DNA from: Betaproteobacteria bacterium
GTDB taxonomy: Bacteria; Pseudomonadota; Gammaproteobacteria; Burkholderiales; Burkholderiaceae_C
Assembly: GCA_043756825.1 (NCBI GenBank)
Contig: JAYUQJ010000605.1
Coordinates: 1-50,080 of the forward strand
Direction: 5' to 3'
Length of the DNA: 50,080 nucleotides
Shown here: piece after piece, positions 1-8,713 of the stretch
How positions within the stretch are numbered: the stretch's first letter is position 1
Layout: each line of letters opens with the position of its first letter
Program-made: the position numbers and the translations under genes
The notes under the pieces: model-generated
The model's input: the letters and a program-made list of their open reading frames with translations, nothing else
Database searches by the model: none
What the model was told of the DNA's origin: nothing

Positions 1-92
1 CAGCCATAGCCCGGGCTATGGCGAGCATTTGCAACGACGAGCGGGTGCGTTTTGGGGTGCTGAGCGGGCATGATCGAAAAACTCTCAGTCTC
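1..92 (-). mobile_element. Partial copy of MITE type A (truncated by window edge)
   Basis: Reverse complement matches 23934-24025 at 90/92 nt; the terminus CTCTCAGTCTC (82-92) abuts TCA (93-95), the stop codon of the ParA-like gene. Confidence 0.85.
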
Positions 93-887
93 TCAGCCCC
101 GACCCTTGCGCCCGGGCGGCGTTGCGGGCTGCAGCGCCTGGTGCAGCGCCAGGTATTCCAGGGCCAGCTTGTGGCGCGGGTCCAGGTGGATCATCGGCAA
201 GGCCCGCTCGTGCGATTCCTTGATCTTCACACTGGCACTCAGGTAAGGCTGCAGCACCGGCAGGCCTTCATCGATCAACTCCTGCACCAGCCGCTGCGGC
301 AGATTGGCACGTGGCTGGAACTGGTTGACCACGATACCGCTGACCACCAGGTCGCGGTTGTGGTCGGCCTGGATCTCCTGCACGCTGTCCATCAAGGCGT
401 ACAGCGCCCGGCGCGAAAAATCATCGCAATCGAAGGGAATCAGGCAGCCCTGGCATGCGATCAGCGCAGACCGGGTGTAGAAATTCAGCGCGGGCGGGGT
501 GTCGATGTAGATGCGGTCATAGCCCTCCAGGCCGGCCAGGGCGTCGCGCAGCTTGTAGATCTTGTAGCGCGATTCCAGCTTGCCGTGCAGTTCCTCCAGC
601 TTCGGGCTGGACGGCAGCAGGTGCAGCTTGTCGAAAGGCGTGGCGGTGATGAATTCTTCGGTGGCCTGGGCACGCAGGGTGAACCTCAAGGTCTGGTCAA
701 AGAATTCGGCAGCGCTGTCGCCCAAGGCATCCGCACCCGCGCCCAGCAGGTAGCGGGTCGAATTGCCCTGCGGGTCGAGGTCCACCACCAGGGTGCGCAG
801 GCCCTGGTCGGCGCTGATCGCCGCCAGGTTGCAGGCGATGGTGGATTTGCCCACGCCGCCCTTCTGGTTGAAAACGACATAGCGCAT
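93..887 (-). CDS. ParA/Soj family ATPase (no parB in window)
   Basis: Deviant Walker [18 protein letters not shown] and IDTPP motifs; ATG at 887. Confidence 0.9.
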   Translation of the reverse strand: MRYVVFNQKGGVGKSTIACNLAAISADQGLRTLVVDLDPQGNSTRYLLGAGADALGDSAAEFFDQTLRFTLRAQATEEFITATPFDKLHLLPSSPKLEELHGKLESRYKIYKLRDALAGLEGYDRIYIDTPPALNFYTRSALIACQGCLIPFDCDDFSRRALYALMDSVQEIQADHNRDLVVSGIVVNQFQPRANLPQRLVQELIDEGLPVLQPYLSASVKIKESHERALPMIHLDPRHKLALEYLALHQALQPATPPGRKGRG

Positions 888-1038
888 GAGGCTGAAGGCT
901 CCGGGTGCGGAAGACGCTCCCATGAACGCCAAGACTTGTTATTTTGCACTGCAGCAAGGTGCGCGCCGGCATCCCCTGATCTAGGGGCGCAAAGCCGGCT
1001 TGATTGTCATTGCGGCATCACGCCTTCAGCGCACAATA

Positions 1039-1168
1039 CGCTTGTCTTGGCGATAACCGACCGCACCAATGGGCGGGCTACCGGAACCCGTAACCGGCGC
1101 CAACACAAGCGGCTCAGGCGCAAGCCCGAACCGTGAGCAGGGGCCACTTCGGTGGCCCTTGGCTTTTG
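1039..1168 (+). ncRNA. Candidate structured ncRNA or cis-regulatory RNA: three-way junction, GCAA hairpin, UUCG-capped terminator
   Basis: P1 1039-1052/1098-1111 (13 bp, one mismatch), P2 CCGC/GCGG, P3 CCGG/CCGG, GCAA-loop hairpin 1111-1132, terminator 1139-1168; -10-like CACAAT at 1032-1037. Confidence 0.55.
1139..1168 (+). terminator. Intrinsic terminator with cUUCGg tetraloop
   Basis: AGGGGCCAC-TTCG-GTGGCCCTT followed by GGCTTTT. Confidence 0.7.
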
Positions 1169-1305
1169 TGCCCTGCCGCAGGCAGGCCCTTCGCGACGCG
1201 CGTCGCCGACCAGCACCGGTGCGGCACGTTAGGGACAATGCCTTATGCTCCGCCGCAGCTTCGACGCGCGAACGGCGCTCGTCAGCCATCCACAGGAGCA
1301 CCGCC

Positions 1306-1497
1306 TTGGCGACCCCGAACTATTCATACGAAAAACGCCAGCGTGAACTGGCCAAGAAGCGCAAGAACGAAGAAAAGCTGCTCAAGAAAAAGCAGTCCGG
1401 CCCGGCAGACGGCGTCGGCCCCGGCGACGACAAGCACAACAACGCCCCGGCCGACGCGACGCCAGGCGATTCGGGCAGCGCACCTGCCGGACGCTGA
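1306..1497 (+). CDS. Small basic protein (63 aa)
   Basis: AGGAG RBS then TTG at 1306; Lys/Arg-rich N-terminus ATPNYSYEKRQRELAKKRKNEEKL; terminator follows. Confidence 0.75.
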   Translation: MATPNYSYEKRQRELAKKRKNEEKLLKKKQSGPADGVGPGDDKHNNAPADATPGDSGSAPAGR

Positions 1498-1533
1498 TCG
1501 GTTCGGGCACCCGGCTGCCGGCACCAGGCAGGC

Positions 1534-1564
1534 AAAAAAAAACCGCACCCTGGGGTGCGGTTTT
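1534..1564. terminator. Bidirectional intrinsic terminator
   Basis: A-tract, AACCGCACCC-TG-GGGTGCGGTT hairpin, T-tract between convergent genes. Confidence 0.85.
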
Positions 1565-1604
1565 CATTTGGGCCGGCGCACCCGGCGCCGACCGGCAGGC
1601 TGAT

Positions 1605-1820
1605 TTACAGCGTGCGGATGTTGGCAGCCTGCAGGCCCTTGGGGCCTTGCTTGACTTCAAATTCGACGCGCTGGTTTTCGGCCAGGGTACGGAAGCCGCC
1701 GTTGTTGCGGATTTCGCTGAAGTGGGCGAACAGGTCCTTGCTGCCGTCTTCAGGGGTGATGAAGCCGAAGCCCTTGCCGTCGTTGAACCATTTGACGACG
1801 CCAGTTTGGGTGGTGCTCAT
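1605..1820 (-). CDS. cspA: Cold-shock protein (CspA family)
   Basis: GVVKWFN, RNP1 KGFGFI, RNP2 LFAHF; 71 aa; paralog identity uncertain. Confidence 0.95.
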   Translation of the reverse strand: MSTTQTGVVKWFNDGKGFGFITPEDGSKDLFAHFSEIRNNGGFRTLAENQRVEFEVKQGPKGLQAANIRTL

Positions 1821-2166
1821 GGAGAGTTTCCTTTGAGTGGATTGAAGATGAAAAGACAACCGCTCAGGCAAATGCCCAGCGCGGACAGAGACACTCAAGA
1901 AACGTCAAACCGGGAGTTCCAACCTGGACGGGCCTTCTGTAAACCCTTGCCGCGGGTGGCAAGAGCTGGACATCGGGCGGTACGGGGATAAGACCTTGTG
2001 GAAACGGCCTCGTGCATGTCTGTGCCCGGACTGTAACAGGGAACGGTACTGCAGGTGCGCCCGGGCATCGCTGGCGCGTCTAGAGGCGCTTGCCCAATCC
2101 AGGGCGGCCACGGCCGCAGCCTTCAGTCCCTATCATCTGGGTACAACGGGATTGCAAAGGCTGGGC

Positions 2167-3765
2167 ATGTTCGACTACGTGGTGATTGGTGGCGGGTCCG
2201 CCGGCTGTGTACTGGCTTCGCGCTTGACCGAAGACCCGGCGGTGCGGGTGGCCCTGCTGGAGGCCGGTGCGGCGGACCGCAGCGCAGTGATCCACTGCCC
2301 GGCCGGCCTGGCACTGATGTCCAAGATTCCCGCACTGAACTGGCGCTTCGATACCGTGCCGCAACCCGGGCTGAATGGCCGCAAGGGCTACCAGCCGCGC
2401 GGCAAGGTGTTGGGGGGGTCGAGTTCGGTCAACGCCATGGTCTACATCCGGGGCCAGCGTGCCGATTACGACGCCTGGGCCGCCGAGGGCAATCCGGGCT
2501 GGGGTTTTGACGATCTCCTGCCGTATTTCAAGCGCTCCGAGAACAACGCCCGCGGCGCCGACGCCTGGCATGGCAGTGGCGGCCCCTTGCAGGTGCAGGA
2601 CCTGCTGCAACCCCACCGGGGCAGCGGCCTGTTCGTACAGGCCGCGCAACAGGCCGGCCACGCCTTGAACCTCGATTTCAATGGCGCCAGCCAAGAGGGC
2701 GTCGGGCCCTACCAGGTCACCCACCGGGGCGGCGAACGCTGCAGCGCCGCCAAGGCTTACCTGGGCCTGGCCCTGGGACGCCCCAATTTGCAGGTGATCA
2801 CTGGCGCGCATGCCACCCGCATCCTGTTCGACGGCACACGCGCCAGCGGGGTCGAGTACCTGGTGGACGGCACACGCCAGCAGGTCATGGCCCGCGGCGA
2901 AGTGCTGCTCAGCGCCGGTGCCTTGCAATCCCCGCAATTGCTGATGCTCAGCGGCATCGGCCCGGCCGACCACCTGCAGGCACTGGGCATCGCCGTGCGC
3001 CAGGATCAGCCCGGCGTCGGCGCGCAATTGCACGACCATGTGGACGTGGTGCAGGTGGTGGACGCCCCGGCGGCCAAGGACTTGTTCGGCCTGTCCTTCA
3101 GCGGTCTGGTGCAGGCCGTGCAAGGCATCCTGGAATGGCGACGCCACCGCACCGGCATGCTGACCACCAATTTTGCCGAGGCGGGTGGCTTCATCCGCAG
3201 CAGCCCGGACAAGCAGGCGCCCGACCTGCAACTTCATTTCGTGATCGGCAAACTCATCGATCACGGCCGCAAGCCGGTCTTCGGCCACGGCTATTCCTGC
3301 CACGTCTGCCTGCTCGACCCCGAAAGCCGCGGCAGCTTGCGCCTGGCCAGCCCCGACCCCCATGCCGCGCCGCTGATCGACCCGGCCTTCTTGCAGGCGC
3401 CCGGTGATCTTGCTCGCATGGTGCGCGGTTTCAAACTGATGCGCGCGATTCTTGAGCAGCCCGCGCTGGCGGGCCTGGGCGGACGCGAGTTGGCAGTCTC
3501 TGCCGGCGCGCAGACCGACGAGCAGATCGCCCAGTACATCCGCAGCTACGCCGACACCATCTACCATCCAGTGGGCAGCTGCCGCATGGGACTGGGCACG
3601 CGGGACGTGGTCGACAGCGAGCTGCGGGTCAAGGGCGTGCCGGGGCTGCGGGTGGTGGATGCGTCGATCATGCCGCGCGTGGTGTCAGGCAATACCAATG
3701 CGCCGACGATGGCCATTGCCGAGAAAGCCTGTGACCTGATCAAGCAAAGCCGCCGCAGCGCTTGA
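2167..3765 (+). CDS. GMC family oxidoreductase (choline dehydrogenase-like)
   Basis: GGGSAG FAD motif, GKVLGGSSSVNAMVY, YHPVGSC, GNTNAP. Confidence 0.92.
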   Translation: MFDYVVIGGGSAGCVLASRLTEDPAVRVALLEAGAADRSAVIHCPAGLALMSKIPALNWRFDTVPQPGLNGRKGYQPRGKVLGGSSSVNAMVYIRGQRADYDAWAAEGNPGWGFDDLLPYFKRSENNARGADAWHGSGGPLQVQDLLQPHRGSGLFVQAAQQAGHALNLDFNGASQEGVGPYQVTHRGGERCSAAKAYLGLALGRPNLQVITGAHATRILFDGTRASGVEYLVDGTRQQVMARGEVLLSAGALQSPQLLMLSGIGPADHLQALGIAVRQDQPGVGAQLHDHVDVVQVVDAPAAKDLFGLSFSGLVQAVQGILEWRRHRTGMLTTNFAEAGGFIRSSPDKQAPDLQLHFVIGKLIDHGRKPVFGHGYSCHVCLLDPESRGSLRLASPDPHAAPLIDPAFLQAPGDLARMVRGFKLMRAILEQPALAGLGGRELAVSAGAQTDEQIAQYIRSYADTIYHPVGSCRMGLGTRDVVDSELRVKGVPGLRVVDASIMPRVVSGNTNAPTMAIAEKACDLIKQSRRSA

Positions 3766-4180
3766 GCCTGCGCCGGGCACTGCCGCCATGACCGATCGCA
3801 GAGGCCATGGGGAACGGTGGAACATCTTTAGGCTTTCTGCCATAATCCGAGGCTGCGCTGATCTTGGTCAGCGCATTTCGTTCATCCCACTGACCCTCAT
3901 CGAGCCGGCCCTGGCAAACCGCTGAACCTTCAGCGCCAGGATTCCACCGCGTCTCGAGTCCTGGTTGGCGGCGATGCCGTCGCTTCAGGACGTCAGGGCA
4001 TGCAGGCGAGATTCCAGGGGACTCACCCTGCGGGATCGGCTGCTTTCTTCTCGCCCCAATCTTCCGTTGAAGTCGCGACCCCACTGCGGTCGTCTGCAAA
4101 TGTTTGCAGCGCCGTGGCTGGCTTTGCTGTGGTCACAAGCCACCGGAGTCGGCCGGATTTGAAGAAGAAAGTTGCTGATC

Positions 4181-5992
4181 ATGAGTTTTGACCTGAACCT
4201 CGAACCCGTCCTGGCCGACGCCCTGACCTCGGACCTGAACCCTGACCTGCCCCTGGCCGCACTGCCCGCCGTGGCCGGTGCCGCCTTCACGGGCCTGGGT
4301 CTGCCGCCCGAAATCGTCAAGGCCATCAACCACGCCGGCTATGCCACGCCTACCGACGTGCAGGCCCGCGCGGTGCCGGCGGCCTTGAGCGGCCGCGACC
4401 TGCTGGTTTCGTCGCAGACCGGCAGCGGCAAGACGGCGGCCTTCGTCTGGCCGGCCTTGCAGTGCATCCTGGCTGCGCGCCTGGATCCGGCCAAGAAGCG
4501 CGCCAAGGGCCAACCCTGCGGCCCGCGCATCCTTGTGCTGGCGCCCACCCGTGAACTGGCCCAGCAGGTCTCGAAGGCCTGCACCGAATACGGCTACGGG
4601 GTGCAGGGCTTGCGCGTGGCCCATGTGGTCGGTGGCGTGCCCTACCAGGCCCAACTCAAAGCCCTGCGTGCGCCGCTGGACGTGCTGATCGCCACCCCGG
4701 GCCGCTTGCTCGACCTGATGAATTCGGGCGTGGCCCTGCTGTCGCAAGTAGAAATGCTGATCCTGGACGAAGCCGACCGCATGCTCGACATGGGCTTCAT
4801 CGACGACATCACCGCGATTGCCCAGGCCGTGCCGCAGACGCGCCAGACCTTGATGTTCTCGGCCACCTTTGCCGGCAATGTCGGACACCTGGCCCAGCAG
4901 CTGACGCGCGAGCCGCAGCGCATCAACGTCGACAACCACACCGACACCCATGCCGCCATCGAGCAACGCCTGCATTGGGCCGACAGCATGCACCACAAGC
5001 ATGCCTTGCTCGAGCAGTTGCTGAACGACAAGGACATGGACCAGTGCCTGGTCTTCACCAGTACCCAGCGTGATGCCGACGAAGTGGCCTTCAAGCTGCA
5101 GCAGATCGGCCATGCCGTGGCCGCGCTGCACGGCGGCATGCCGCAGGGTCGTCGCAACCGCGTGTTGCAGGACCTGCGCAACCGCCACCTGCGCGTGCTG
5201 GTGGCCACCGACGTGGCCGCCCGCGGCATCGATGTGCCCACCATCAGCCACGTGATCAACCACGGCCTGCCGATGAAGCCCGAGGACTACATCCACCGCA
5301 TCGGCCGCACCGGCCGCGCCGGCCGCACCGGCCTGGCGATCACGCTGGCTGAGCGTCGCGATGTCGGCATGATCCGCCGCATCGAGCGCTTCACGACCCA
5401 GCCGATCGCGGTCAGCGTGGTGCCGGGCCTGGAGCCCAAGTACACCGCACCGACGATGAACGGCCCGGGCAATGGCCCGCGTCCCGGCTTTGCCGGCCGC
5501 GGCCGGCCCAGCTTTGGCGCACCGCGAGGCGCAGAGCGCTTTGCCGAGCGCGGCGGCGACCGCTTTGCCGACCGCGGCCCGGACCGGGGCCCGGATCGAG
5601 GCCATGAGCGTGCGCCCTTCGGTGGCCCGTCGGGGCATTCGGCGCCGCACCAAGGGGGCGGCTCGTTCGGCGGTGATCGGCGCCCGGCCGGCGGCTTCGG
5701 CGGCGGTTTCGGTGCCGGCCATGGTGGCGCCGGTGCGGCGCGTGGCGACGACCAGCGCGGCCCGCGTGGCCCGCAGGACGCCGGTCCGGCCCACGGTGGC
5801 TTCCGCGAAGCGGGCTTCCGCAACGACAGCCGCAGCCAGGCGCCGCGTGGTTACGGTGCAGCCGGCAACGGCGGCGGCCCTGCGGGCGGCTTCAACAGCG
5901 ACCGTCCGGCACGACCGGCCTTCGGCGGCAAGCCGGCTGGCGGCGGCTTTGGCGGCGGCAAGCCCTTCGGCCCGCGTCGCCCGCCGCGCTGA
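4181..5992 (+). CDS. DEAD-box RNA helicase with long Gly/Arg/Phe-rich C-terminal tail
   Basis: QTGSGKT, PTRELA, TPGR, DEAD, SAT, ARGID, HRIGRTGR motifs. Confidence 0.95.
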   Translation: MSFDLNLEPVLADALTSDLNPDLPLAALPAVAGAAFTGLGLPPEIVKAINHAGYATPTDVQARAVPAALSGRDLLVSSQTGSGKTAAFVWPALQCILAARLDPAKKRAKGQPCGPRILVLAPTRELAQQVSKACTEYGYGVQGLRVAHVVGGVPYQAQLKALRAPLDVLIATPGRLLDLMNSGVALLSQVEMLILDEADRMLDMGFIDDITAIAQAVPQTRQTLMFSATFAGNVGHLAQQLTREPQRINVDNHTDTHAAIEQRLHWADSMHHKHALLEQLLNDKDMDQCLVFTSTQRDADEVAFKLQQIGHAVAALHGGMPQGRRNRVLQDLRNRHLRVLVATDVAARGIDVPTISHVINHGLPMKPEDYIHRIGRTGRAGRTGLAITLAERRDVGMIRRIERFTTQPIAVSVVPGLEPKYTAPTMNGPGNGPRPGFAGRGRPSFGAPRGAERFAERGGDRFADRGPDRGPDRGHERAPFGGPSGHSAPHQGGGSFGGDRRPAGGFGGGFGAGHGGAGAARGDDQRGPRGPQDAGPAHGGFREAGFRNDSRSQAPRGYGAAGNGGGPAGGFNSDRPARPAFGGKPAGGGFGGGKPFGPRRPPR

Positions 5993-6015
5993 TCCGCGCG
6001 GACGCCCCTGCTGGC

Positions 6016-6816
6016 TCAGCAATCCAGTTGCAGCGCCTGCAGGGGCGCACCGGTGCTGCCGTCGGTCACCACCACCAACAAGCGGGCCCGGTGCCCGCTT
6101 TCGCTTTTGTGCGGCGCCATGTCGATCAGTTGTGGCGCGCTTTGGCCGGCCTGGGCCGCCCAGGTCGGCAGCTGGCCATACTGGCGCACCACATGGTCGT
6201 GGCGCAGGGTGACACCCTGGTTTTCGCCAGCCCGCACGGTAGAGACATGGCCGTCCTCCAGCCAGGCCCACCACAGGCCCAGGCGCGCCGGCGCGCCGTG
6301 GCGTGGCTCGATCCGCACGGCTACGCGCCGCTCGTCCTGGCGCCTGGCCTGCACCTGCACCAGTGCAGGCCGGTCGAGCAGGGGCAGCGCGGGCGCACCG
6401 CGCCAGTCGCGGCCATTGGCCAGCACCTGGGGCGTGTAGCTGAAGCCGGCGCCAGAGCTGCGCTGCTGCTGGGTCTGGCGCTCGGTATGGCGCGGGCTGG
6501 CGAAGCGGTCGACCCAGCCCAGCCGGTCCCAGTATTCGACATGGAAGGCCGCCGCCAGCACATCGCTTCGCCCGACCAGGCTGGACAGCCAGCGGTCGGC
6601 CGGTGGACAGGAATTGCAGCCCTCAGAGGTGTAGAGCTCGACCAGCAGCGTTTGCCGATCGCCTGACCGGGCTTGGCAGGCCGCCGCCGGCGCCGCCACC
6701 GCGCCAGCCACCTGGACGACCAGGGCCAGGCAGCCGGCCACCCAGCGCATGCGGCGAGGCCGCCGAAGGCGGCGCGGGGTAGCGGGGCGCTGCGGGCGCC
6801 CAGGCAATGCGGTCAT
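6016..6816 (-). CDS. DUF1223 family thioredoxin-like exported protein
   Basis: ELYTSEGCNSCPPAD, FHVEYWDRLGW, YTPQ motifs; signal-like N-terminus; AGGAG RBS before ATG 6816. Confidence 0.85.
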   Translation of the reverse strand: MTALPGRPQRPATPRRLRRPRRMRWVAGCLALVVQVAGAVAAPAAACQARSGDRQTLLVELYTSEGCNSCPPADRWLSSLVGRSDVLAAAFHVEYWDRLGWVDRFASPRHTERQTQQQRSSGAGFSYTPQVLANGRDWRGAPALPLLDRPALVQVQARRQDERRVAVRIEPRHGAPARLGLWWAWLEDGHVSTVRAGENQGVTLRHDHVVRQYGQLPTWAAQAGQSAPQLIDMAPHKSESGHRARLLVVVTDGSTGAPLQALQLDC

Positions 6817-6916
6817 GGCGGCTCCTGCTCGCCGCGGCTGCGGCCAGAACCCTGGGTCGGCGGCGCGGGCCCATCCTTACGCCGACGGTGCAGCCAGGTC
6901 AGCCCCATTCAACGCT

Positions 6917-8143
6917 TCAGCGGCGGGCCGCTGCGGCCGGCGGCGCGGGCGCTGCGGCGTCCTTGACCGGGTCCCGCGCGGCAGCCCCGGCCGCCGCCTT
7001 GGCCTCGGCCAGCTCTGCCTCCAGTTCGGCCTTGCGGCGCGCGGCCTGCAGGTCCTTGAGTTGACCGAGCTGGATCTCCACATTCGACCTGCGAAAGGGC
7101 GTCATCACGAGCACGTCGGCCGCCACGCCCTGGGCTTGCAGGCGGTCGGACAGGCGCAGGCCGACGGCCGGGTCACCGCCCATGGCCAGCACGACCTCGT
7201 TGGCAAACAGGTCGGCGCCGCCCACCAGGCCGTCCACCTGCAAGCTGCGTTGAGCCTTGGCCTCCATCGCCGACAGCATCGTGCCGGCACCTGGCAGGGC
7301 AAGCGCCAGGACCTTGCCGATCATGAAGGCACTGGCGGCGGTGTCAGACTTTCGCTGGCGCAGGATCGAACCCTCGCTGGCCAGAAAATAAGTGCCGAAG
7401 GCCGCCAGCCAGCGCCGCTCGTCGCGGCTGTGGGCATGGAGCAGGGCATTGCCGGGAATCTTGCTGCGCCGGCCCTCCTGGCGCAAGAAGTTTTGCGGCT
7501 CATCGTCGAAGGCGCTGGCCAGCACCGTGCCAGCGCAGCCGGTCTGGGTGGACAGCTTGACCTCGCGTCCGCCATCGAGCGTGAGGGTCATCGACGAATC
7601 GGCGTTGGCCTCGTCCCGCGCCTGGTGCAGCACGGTCCAGAAGGCGTGGTCGTCCACCGTCATGGCCGAGCCGCCGCGCAGCACCGCCATGATCTCGAGC
7701 TTGGTACCCGGTTCAGGCAGGGGGCGCTTGTTGACAGCCAGCACCCGCTGGCCGATCTGCAGCTCGTCGGCCGCACTCTCGTCGAGCCAGGCGACACGCC
7801 AATGCTCGTCCATGCCGGTGGCCTGGGTGAACAGCTTCTGCTGGTGCGCAGACAGGCTCTTGCGCATGCTGCGCATCGACCACAGCACCACCGGCTCGAT
7901 CTCGGTGGTGTCGTCGCACAGCGGCTCGGCGCCCCAGGCCACATGCAGCGCGGCCTCGCGGAAGGCGATCTCATGGCCAAAGGCGTCCTTGAAGCGCTGG
8001 CGGTCGAATTCGTCGCTGAATTCACCGGCCCCGACCTTGGCGGCACAACCCAGCAGTACCAGGCCAGCCAGGCCCCAACGGGCGCGGCGCGCCGCTGCCG
8101 CAGGGAGGGAGGCCCGTGGGCCAGTGAGCAGTTTGGGCAGCAT
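6917..8143 (-). CDS. Exported hypothetical protein, PDZ-like plus degenerate peptidase M48-like region
   Basis: Hydrophobic signal segment; PDZ-like ELQIGQRVLAVN; M48-like layout without HExxH; start uncertain. Confidence 0.65.
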   Translation of the reverse strand: MLPKLLTGPRASLPAAAARRARWGLAGLVLLGCAAKVGAGEFSDEFDRQRFKDAFGHEIAFREAALHVAWGAEPLCDDTTEIEPVVLWSMRSMRKSLSAHQQKLFTQATGMDEHWRVAWLDESAADELQIGQRVLAVNKRPLPEPGTKLEIMAVLRGGSAMTVDDHAFWTVLHQARDEANADSSMTLTLDGGREVKLSTQTGCAGTVLASAFDDEPQNFLRQEGRRSKIPGNALLHAHSRDERRWLAAFGTYFLASEGSILRQRKSDTAASAFMIGKVLALALPGAGTMLSAMEAKAQRSLQVDGLVGGADLFANEVVLAMGGDPAVGLRLSDRLQAQGVAADVLVMTPFRRSNVEIQLGQLKDLQAARRKAELEAELAEAKAAAGAAARDPVKDAAAPAPPAAAARR

Positions 8144-8245
8144 GGGCAAAGTATGCCTGCCGGGCGCGCGCCCCAGGGCGGCCAGGACGCTATGCTGACG
8201 CTCCCTCTGCGCGAAATCGCCGCGCCCCCACCCGCCCCCACCCGC

Positions 8246-8713
8246 ATGGCCGGCCTGCACATCACCGACATCGAGGCCGCCATCAACTGGTGGCGCGCAC
8301 GCTCGCCGTCGCCCGACGGCATCACCGCCTGCGCCGAGGTGCTGGCGCTGGCCGAGGTTTATGCGCTGATGGTCTATTACCGCGAGGGTCAGGCCGACGA
8401 GAACACCCTGCCAGCGCAGGCCCGGACGGCCTGGCTGGCCTGGTATGCGCAGACGCCCGACGCCCCCTGCATCGCCATCTGCTCGACCGCCCAGGGTGAC
8501 CCGCTGTGCAAGGGTTGCGGCCGTACCGAGGGCGAGGTGCAGGCCTGGCCCCTGATGACCCCGGGCGAGAAGCGCGACGTGTGGCAACGCATCACCCGCG
8601 AGGGCACGGCCTGGCGCTTCAACCGCTATGCCGAGCGGGCGCGCGGCCAGTCGGCCGATGGCACGGCAGGCCGCAGCGAGACGGGCGCTGGCAACGCAGG
8701 CTCGCGCCGATGA
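8246..8713 (+). CDS. DUF3717-DUF1289 fusion protein (Cys-rich C-terminal domain)
   Basis: HITDIEAAINWWR N-terminus; PCIAIC...CKGCGRT motif; stop overlaps MATE start (ATGA). Confidence 0.8.
   Translation: MAGLHITDIEAAINWWRARSPSPDGITACAEVLALAEVYALMVYYREGQADENTLPAQARTAWLAWYAQTPDAPCIAICSTAQGDPLCKGCGRTEGEVQAWPLMTPGEKRDVWQRITREGTAWRFNRYAERARGQSADGTAGRSETGAGNAGSRR

Noticed and set aside
1039-1111. Canonical purine riboswitch
   Set aside because: P2 and P3 are too short, the J2/3 and J3/1 ligand-pocket residues are missing, and no purine gene is downstream; kept only as an unassigned RNA
18-1136. ORFs beginning MASICNDERVRFG (also 23589-24068)
   Set aside because: The shared peptide is a translation of the MITE A repeat running antisense into real genes
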